From a virus, in IMG/VR virus record IMGVR_UViG_3300028734_000012, positions 112,333 to 176,332 of that record: DNA of 64,000 nt; one strand, written 5' to 3'. The notes beneath the pieces were generated by a model. The model was not told the DNA's origin and searched no databases. It saw nothing but the letters and a program-made list of their open reading frames with translations. Below, in pieces: positions 57,833-64,000 of this stretch. How positions within the stretch are numbered: position 1 is the first letter of the stretch; each line of letters opens with the position of its first letter. Both the position numbers and the translations under genes were made by a program.

Positions 57833-58981
57833 TTATAAACCCCACTGTAATAAGAAATCATTGCTTACACATTTGAAAGATATACCTAAATCGTAATTTC
57901 TATATACGTAACCTTCTCTTAACGTATCATAAATATTAGATTTACCAGTTGAAAATGCCATAAGTTCATCAATCGTGTCTGGCAATATGTATTCAGTCTC
58001 AACGATAGGAACAAATTTAATACCATAATTAGAAAACAAATCCTTTGCACTCACGCTATCAATCTTGCCGTTCTTTTCAGTGATTAAATTAAAAGCATAA
58101 AAATCTCTACCCTTGATATGATACTTATTCTTTTGAATTGTTTCGCCAACTGTCTCGCCTTGTAACGTTATGTAATCATTATCTTTAATTAATTTTCTTA
58201 GAACTGATTCTACATTATATTTTAAAGCCATTTCCCAATACACGTTATCATCGTAAAAACATTTCTTAGATGGTGTTGGCTGTGCAACAGAACGAGAACA
58301 AATTATAAACTTATACTTCTCTTTTTTGAATATCTTGTATAGTAAACCTTTGTTTGCTTTCTTTAGTGTGAATGTAGTTGAAGTACCATCCAACTTCTCC
58401 GTAACCATGAATGGCTCTTTATTTTTAAGTACACTAGGCATATTCTGTACTCTTTCCTCGTCGGTCTTAACAACCCAATAAGGGAACTTATTCGCATTAA
58501 CCTTTGGTCTTAAAATATGTATCACAATATTCTTAAACCACTGATGTTTGATTAAACGCTTGAACAACTTATTCTTAAATAGTTTCTTGTATCTGCCTTG
58601 AATCCTTGTTAACAAATCAACCTTTGGCGCTTCGTAATCCTCTTGAATCTTAGTAATACCTAGAATATCTGTGACATCTTCACCAATCTTATGATTACCA
58701 TCTAGTAAGATTGATATTGGTAATACTAACCCTTGACTTAACGTATTACGCATTTTCATGCTTTTTACTTTAAAGCCCTTACCCTCTAGGAACTCAAATT
58801 CTGGATTATCAGATGGAACTCTTGAATCAATTTCTATGTAAACACCTAAATCGCCATCTTTAAACTCGTCTTTTTTAGTAATAACATTCCAACCTAAGAC
58901 ATTGACTTGCTCGATTCTATCAGCACCCATGATTGGTCTGATATTATATACTTTCTCTACGTGTGCTAATACCCTTTCCAT
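57833..58981 (-). CDS. ATP-dependent RNA ligase (DRB0094/Rnl2-like, N-terminal OB fold)
   Basis: PI.GADRIE, Y.EIDS, SQGL, KTDEERVQN, TEKLDGTS, QGE..G, REG.V, SFK.VSN.FL. Confidence 0.9.
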   Translation of the reverse strand: MERVLAHVEKVYNIRPIMGADRIEQVNVLGWNVITKKDEFKDGDLGVYIEIDSRVPSDNPEFEFLEGKGFKVKSMKMRNTLSQGLVLPISILLDGNHKIGEDVTDILGITKIQEDYEAPKVDLLTRIQGRYKKLFKNKLFKRLIKHQWFKNIVIHILRPKVNANKFPYWVVKTDEERVQNMPSVLKNKEPFMVTEKLDGTSTTFTLKKANKGLLYKIFKKEKYKFIICSRSVAQPTPSKKCFYDDNVYWEMALKYNVESVLRKLIKDNDYITLQGETVGETIQKNKYHIKGRDFYAFNLITEKNGKIDSVSAKDLFSNYGIKFVPIVETEYILPDTIDELMAFSTGKSNIYDTLREGYVYRNYDLGISFKCVSNDFLLQWGL

Positions 58982-58987
58982 TTTCTA

Positions 58988-59461
58988 TCATCCTTTTTTA
59001 TTTAATATTTGTATTGCTTTATTTACATCTGTTTCGTTTAGTCCTAAACCATTGTACCAAGACGTTTTAACCCAAAATTTATCATATCCATATTTTTCCC
59101 AATCAAAATGGTCATCATCAAGTATTACAAATGATTCTATGTTATCGTGATTATCTAACCAATATTTAATTTCTTCTTCTCTTTTTCCCGTCGGACTTAC
59201 ATAAGTTGATGACATAATTTCAATATTATATTTCTGTAATATCTTAATAAATTCTTTACAGAAATCCATACATTCGTTATAATTAATTGACCAACCATAT
59301 CTCCAACTTGATGACAATACTATTTTGCAACCAGTAGAATCAATAATATTTTTTAGAAATGGAAGTCTAGTCTCGTCAATATCATTATACCTATCTTTTC
59401 TGTTTTTGAAATAACTCGATGAGTTTAAAACTCCATCTACATCTAAAAATATTATTTTCAT
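58988..59461 (-). CDS. HAD phosphatase (Swiss-army-knife RNA-repair type)
   Basis: IIFLDVDGVLN, IVLSSSWR, R..EI..WL, FVILDDD, GL. Confidence 0.85.
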   Translation of the reverse strand: MKIIFLDVDGVLNSSSYFKNRKDRYNDIDETRLPFLKNIIDSTGCKIVLSSSWRYGWSINYNECMDFCKEFIKILQKYNIEIMSSTYVSPTGKREEEIKYWLDNHDNIESFVILDDDHFDWEKYGYDKFWVKTSWYNGLGLNETDVNKAIQILNKKG

Positions 59462-59471
59462 TTTTTATTCC

Positions 59472-59729
59472 TTATAATAATCTTTTAATTTTAGTAATAT
59501 TAATTGGTTCATGTATTATATACTGCCACCATGCTAATTTTTCTACTAGTTCTGGATGCTTATTTATATCATAATTTACTTCCAATAATACACTACCATA
59601 ACTTAAAGCTATTGACGGCTCTATTGATAAATATGTGAATCTACCATTTTCAGTTATACCAAATAAGTACCCATCTTTTTGTATTTGATTCCAATTATTT
59701 TCTGATGTACCATGATATAACCATAACAT
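59472..59729 (-). CDS. Small ADP-ribosyltransferase-fold-like protein
   Basis: LYHGTS..N...I...G, YLS.....A..YG.VLLEV. Confidence 0.5.
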   Translation of the reverse strand: MLWLYHGTSENNWNQIQKDGYLFGITENGRFTYLSIEPSIALSYGSVLLEVNYDINKHPELVEKLAWWQYIIHEPINITKIKRLL

Positions 59730-59730
59730 T

Positions 59731-60060
59731 TTATTTTACCTCACAACTTAACAATAACTTCTTATAATTGTTTTTAGCATATTCATAGGCTTGTCTATAA
59801 TCAAGTACATCATTATTATAAGAAAATTTATATTTATTCTCTGGACGTTTATTAAATTGTATAATTTCTGATAATTCAATCTCATCTAAATCTACAAATT
59901 TACAAGTAATATTTTCTATGCTCATTGGAGTATCTAAGACAATATGGTTTTGAATATATATTGCAATATTAACCCCTACGTAATATGTAATAGAATTAGT
60001 ATCATTGATATCGAAACTTCTCGGTTCTACAATAATTGGTGTACCTTTATAATGCATCAT
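59731..60060 (-). CDS. Hypothetical protein
   Basis: Operon context. Confidence 0.45.
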   Translation of the reverse strand: MMHYKGTPIIVEPRSFDINDTNSITYYVGVNIAIYIQNHIVLDTPMSIENITCKFVDLDEIELSEIIQFNKRPENKYKFSYNNDVLDYRQAYEYAKNNYKKLLLSCEVK

Positions 60061-60473
60061 CTTAATTCTTCTCTTACCCTCATTAGAATCTTTCCTAGCT
60101 TGTTCTCACCCACTCCATTGACTGTGCCCCAAATATCATCACCATGCTGATTCCCTTCTTCTAAAGGCTCATTCCCCGTAGCTAACAGCAATCGTTTAAG
60201 GTCTTCATGTTGTTCAAACTTAGCTTTTACAACTTCATACATAACACTATCTTTGATATTTTCCCAAACAGGTGTTAGTTTAACGCTTCTACCTCTTGAT
60301 TTTGCTTTTGACGGTGACATAGTACAGAACTTAATTTTCTGTTCCAACTGTGAACATTTCATAGATTGAAAAGCCGCTTCGCTATTTTGAAATGTTAGTC
60401 CTCTATATGTAACTTCCGTTTCATAGAAATTGCTTAAAAAGAAATACTGACCTCTAAATTCGTTAATTGCCAT
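60057..60473 (-). CDS. NADAR-family protein (YbiA-like)
   Basis: FLSNFY, SEAAFQ..K, AK..GR, W......M......KF.Q...L...LL.TG, D.IWG, GENKLG.ILM.VR. Confidence 0.92.
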   Translation of the reverse strand: MAINEFRGQYFFLSNFYETEVTYRGLTFQNSEAAFQSMKCSQLEQKIKFCTMSPSKAKSRGRSVKLTPVWENIKDSVMYEVVKAKFEQHEDLKRLLLATGNEPLEEGNQHGDDIWGTVNGVGENKLGKILMRVREELR

Positions 60474-60495
60474 TTTTAATCATCCGTTCTTTTTT

Positions 60496-61096
60496 TTATA
60501 ATACTTCATATAATACATCTTGAATTGAATCTAATAATTCAGATTTATCTATTCCGTATTCGTCTAAAAATTCTTTTAAATAAGTCCCATGTATCATCTT
60601 ATCAATAATCATTTCAGAAATATTATCAACATCATATCCACTTATTTCAAAATCTTCTCCTAAACGAACTTCTTTACCATAATTTTTTCCGCTTAAAATT
60701 GAAACAGAATTATTATTATTAACAAATCCTTTAGTCCCTTTTGGGATTATGACTTCTTCGTTTAGAATAGCCGTATAGGTTATAAAATCTTTTGGAAATA
60801 TGAATTTTTGTCCATAACTTATTTTAATCATTTTTTTTAACTCCTTATATATTTGGGAAAATATAATTTGCAACTTTCATTAAAGCTTTATATAAATCCC
60901 CACGGTCATCATATAATTCGTAATTATCATTTACGCGCTTATAAACACACGCTTCATTATTTGCATTGTTAAAAATCTTGAAATCTTCATCTTTTAAAAT
61001 AAAATCCATGTGTAAAGTTTTTACTAATATTCTGAAAGCTTCTTCACATTCGATATCTATATTTACAACAGTTTTACATTTTACATCTACTTGCAT
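60496..61096 (-). CDS. Two hypothetical genes (60496-60831, 60845-61096)
   Basis: RBS-preceded packed ORFs. Confidence 0.5.
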
Positions 61097-61106
61097 AATT
61101 ATACCT

Positions 61107-61649
61107 TCATTCTGTTACGAATTTTCTGGCATTGTGTGTTAATTCAGTTAATGTTTTAGGCTCAAAATCATTAACATCTACCCCTACGTTATAAGCATTC
61201 TTGCAATATGCCCACGGGTAGTTATGATAAAATGAAGGGTTATCATGTACATGACCAAATAGGTCAATTGAATTATGGTAAAACCCATTCCATTCAGCCA
61301 TAGGGTAATGACATAAAATTACTTTATTATAATTATCTTCAATCTCTTCATATTTCTTAACCCATTTGAATAGACTTAAATCAAAATTTCTATCTTTTAG
61401 AAATCTATAATCATGGTTTCCCTCAATTAAAAATTTCTTACCTTTAAGACGACTAATAAATTGGTTAGCCATTAACCCGTTTCCCCAAACAACATCACCT
61501 AAAATATAGACCTCATCACTTGCTAGGATTTTCTGATTCCATTTTAAAATAATAGTCTCGTTCATTTCTTCAATTGATTTAAAAGGTCTATGACATAAAG
61601 TCATAATATTTGCATGATTAAAATGCAAATCGCTTGTATAAAATTTCAT
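61107..61649 (-). CDS. Calcineurin-like metallophosphoesterase
   Basis: SDLHFNH, LGD, GNHD, LCHYP, GHVH, NVGVD. Confidence 0.9.
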   Translation of the reverse strand: MKFYTSDLHFNHANIMTLCHRPFKSIEEMNETIILKWNQKILASDEVYILGDVVWGNGLMANQFISRLKGKKFLIEGNHDYRFLKDRNFDLSLFKWVKKYEEIEDNYNKVILCHYPMAEWNGFYHNSIDLFGHVHDNPSFYHNYPWAYCKNAYNVGVDVNDFEPKTLTELTHNARKFVTE

Positions 61650-61654
61650 ATGTA

Positions 61655-61873
61655 TTAACCTAACCTTTGTCCACATTGATTACAATATACATTCATACTT
61701 ATTTCTGTGTTACCACAATTTGGGCATGAGCATGAATAATTATCATAAATTGGTCTTTTTGCGATATCTCTTCCAATTGCATTTACTGCGATTTTCATAT
61801 AATCTTTTGTAAGCATAGCGCCATTTTCAGCCGCATCTTTAAAAAATAATAAAGCTTTCTCATCGTTACTCAT
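61655..61873 (-). CDS. Small zinc-ribbon protein
   Basis: CPNCG...YCNQCGQRL. Confidence 0.6.
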   Translation of the reverse strand: MSNDEKALLFFKDAAENGAMLTKDYMKIAVNAIGRDIAKRPIYDNYSCSCPNCGNTEISMNVYCNQCGQRLG

Positions 61874-61883
61874 TTTGTTCTCC

Positions 61884-62414
61884 TTATGTATTAAGTTTTT
61901 TATCTTCAACTATATAATCAACAAGTTCTGGATTAACCCCTTGCCATGAAAGTAAATTTTTTTCCATTTTAGTTTCAAGAACATCTTCAAAACTATATGT
62001 GATATCAAAACCAAATGCTCTCATCACACAACGATAACAACGCTTATTTGGGCAATATGTACCATCGTCAAATATTTGGCTATCATCCCCGTACTTCCAG
62101 AATAATATAGCCGCACCAATACCAGAACTTCTTGAAATTCCCGCATCACAATGAACCAAAATTGTATCAACTTCGTTTTCCCAACGCTTTACAAATTCAG
62201 CTATTTGATTAGCTTGTTCTTGTGTTATACCACCATTGTCATCTTCAACATCATCAAATTGCCAATGACCAATAGCCTTAATTTGAGGATTTTTAAAAAA
62301 TCTATTTGGGGCATCACCATAAGTATGAATTGAAATAATTGCAGTTGTTGGTATATTTTTTAAAGCAGAATAAGTTTTTGCCTTGTTCCTAGATAACACA
62401 ACCACTTCTTTCAT
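61884..62414 (-). CDS. Protein-tyrosine/dual-specificity phosphatase-like protein
   Basis: IISI, FDDV, LVHCDAGISRSS (HCx5R), PN. Confidence 0.88.
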   Translation of the reverse strand: MKEVVVLSRNKAKTYSALKNIPTTAIISIHTYGDAPNRFFKNPQIKAIGHWQFDDVEDDNGGITQEQANQIAEFVKRWENEVDTILVHCDAGISRSSGIGAAILFWKYGDDSQIFDDGTYCPNKRCYRCVMRAFGFDITYSFEDVLETKMEKNLLSWQGVNPELVDYIVEDKKLNT

Positions 62415-62428
62415 GGAGCATCACCCCT

Positions 62429-62875
62429 TTATTTTCTATTTTTATCAACAAAACATTCTTTAACAAATATAGAATTATGATTTGAAATAATTCCATAGAC
62501 ACAACATCCGTTAAAATCCGTTCTACGATTTATGACCTTATATTTATCGATTTTTGACAAACTTCCAACACTTCTTGATACTGGTTCAAGTGAGCATTTA
62601 ATTGGTTTAATATAAATGTATCCGAGTTTATCATTTTCTTCACATGTATTCGTATGCAGAGGATTATAATATCCATCTGAATAGTACAAATCATCCATAG
62701 AATCCAAAGTATATCTATACTCATTATTACTATCATCATGATGGGCTTCTTCATCTGTACTTCTACATATAATTCCATCTAAGATTCTATGATGATTATA
62801 AATAGATGCTTCAAATGTATTACCTACCCCACCTGTTACATAAACAGGCTCATTATCAAACGTTGATGATGGCAT
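62429..62875 (-). CDS. Hypothetical protein
   Basis: Operon context. Confidence 0.4.
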   Translation of the reverse strand: MPSSTFDNEPVYVTGGVGNTFEASIYNHHRILDGIICRSTDEEAHHDDSNNEYRYTLDSMDDLYYSDGYYNPLHTNTCEENDKLGYIYIKPIKCSLEPVSRSVGSLSKIDKYKVINRRTDFNGCCVYGIISNHNSIFVKECFVDKNRK

Positions 62876-62877
62876 AA

Positions 62878-63315
62878 TTATTTCCTTTCGCTAAACACTT
62901 TCTTAACTGTCTCTGAAATCAATTTATTGTCAGCCTTACCTTTTAAAAGTGAAAAGTAAGTTTTCATTGCAGTACCAATGTTATCTCCTGCGGTCTTAGT
63001 CACATTGATTCCTTCTGAAATAATTTTATACAGTTCTTGTTCCGTCATTTGAGTAGGTACATAGCTTTGAAGATAAGCTTTTTTATTTAGGCATGAAGTC
63101 TTAATGTCTTCCCTGTTTTCCACAAACTCCAATGTCTCATTAATCTGCTTAATCTCTTTGCTGATAACTTCAATAATTTCCGCATCAGTCAGTTCCCTTT
63201 TCAATTCAATGCTTTTGTTTTTGATATTAGAAAGAACCATTCTGATACATAATTTAATATCAGTGTTGTCTTCTCTGATTGCCTTGATTAATTCAATTTG
63301 TAATTTATTTAACAT
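62878..63315 (-). CDS. GatB/YqeY-domain protein
   Basis: LIKAIR...IRM..S.IKN..IE....LTD.E...VI.KE.KQ..E...YL..Y.P.QM...G..M...KGKAD. Confidence 0.85.
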   Translation of the reverse strand: MLNKLQIELIKAIREDNTDIKLCIRMVLSNIKNKSIELKRELTDAEIIEVISKEIKQINETLEFVENREDIKTSCLNKKAYLQSYVPTQMTEQELYKIISEGINVTKTAGDNIGTAMKTYFSLLKGKADNKLISETVKKVFSERK

Positions 63316-63341
63316 TTTTTTTATCTCCTAATTTATTTCTT

Positions 63342-63383
63342 GTTTATATTATACATTATTTTTGTTTATTTGTCAAGTAAATT
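63342..63383 (-). promoter_or_regulatory. Conserved phage sigmaA-type promoter P6
   Basis: AATTTAC-TTGACA(63376-63371)-17 nt-TATAAT(63353-63348), with extended -10 region. Confidence 0.8.
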
Positions 63384-64000
63384 AATAATTTAATTTTTCT
63401 TGAAGTTTTTTATTAACCATTTTAATTACTTGGTCTACTCTTTGTTTAGAAACACCATACATATCACCTATTACTTTATAAGTAATATCTATATCGTCCT
63501 CTTTGCTTTTCAACCAAGTCATATAAATTTTCTGTGTATTATCGCTATATCTGCTAATATTTTTTTTGATATTAGAGACAAGTTCATTTTTGCTTTCTTC
63601 ATCTTCAATGTCTTTTTCAACATTAGCATTATTATCCACTACACTATTACCTTTAGTTTCAGAAGTTAACGGAAATACATCATCCAAACTATCTTGATTT
63701 AACATTGTGGCAATATTATTAAAATCAGACCTTGAACATGCAATGTCACAATTTCTGAACATTTCATCGTATGACATATCTTTGTTTTTTATAATATAGT
63801 TCTTAATCTCAATAGCCTTGCTACATGGACTAATGCTGATATTATCTATGTAGATATCCATGTGCTTTAACCTATTCACAATGGCTGTATAACAGTTAGT
63901 AGATAGCTTACCTTTAGTCTCATCATATGTTCTTATAGCGTTTAGTAGGGCTTCTGAACCTATTTGATACATATCATCATAATCTTTGTCAACTCTAAAA
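63382..64000 (-). CDS. Sigma-70-family (sporulation-type) RNA polymerase sigma factor, 5' truncated
   Basis: Frame is open to the window end; region 2 DDMYQIG..AL..AI..YD..KG.LST; region 4 HTH TY..IG..YGVSKQRV.Q. Confidence 0.8.
   Translation of the reverse strand, partial: FRVDKDYDDMYQIGSEALLNAIRTYDETKGKLSTNCYTAIVNRLKHMDIYIDNISISPCSKAIEIKNYIIKNKDMSYDEMFRNCDIACSRSDFNNIATMLNQDSLDDVFPLTSETKGNSVVDNNANVEKDIEDEESKNELVSNIKKNISRYSDNTQKIYMTWLKSKEDDIDITYKVIGDMYGVSKQRVDQVIKMVNKKLQEKLNY

Noticed and set aside
279-63669. Many antisense or shadow ORFs in the track (e.g. 279-791 -, 33670-34881 +, 39045-41495 +, 46585-47001 +, 49344-49952 +, 63104-63669 +)
   Set aside because: They lie opposite or within well-supported genes, lack RBSs and have no recognisable motifs.

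Overview
A 64-kb, very AT-rich segment of a large tailed phage, probably infecting a spore-forming Firmicute (Clostridia-like; SPbeta/c-st-style gene content). No host genes are evident. The + strand (1-23.8 kb) carries the tail and lysis module: a tape measure gene interrupted by a probable group I intron, baseplate and fibre genes, GH25 endolysin with holins, and two adaptor+fibre cassettes. A short convergent junction (23.8-25.3 kb) holds a ligase-fragment gene and a MazF/PemK-like gene. The - strand (25.3-64 kb) carries nucleotide metabolism (dUTPase, class II RNR, ThyX), replication (DnaE, primase-helicase, SSB, Sak4-like ATPase, Cas4-like nuclease), three free-standing homing endonucleases, and many RNA-repair and ADP-ribose-processing genes, driven by six near-identical sigmaA-type promoters. 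Main observations: (1) a DUF2828/vWA (Ro60/TROVE-like) gene is flanked by four copies of a structured ACAGC RNA motif, one of them circularly permuted and grafted into a tRNA scaffold, which looks like a phage Y-RNA-like ribonucleoprotein system; (2) dnaE has an in-frame GGT-TAA-GGT insertion in its conserved TEHGN motif next to a homing endonuclease, a candidate minimal ribosomal bypass; (3) two fibre genes share a GCT-TTT-TTT-AA slippery site with an immediate -1 stop at the junction before a beta-propeller; (4) the tape measure gene contains an endonuclease-carrying intron. All family calls come from recognising motifs by eye; no database searches were run.
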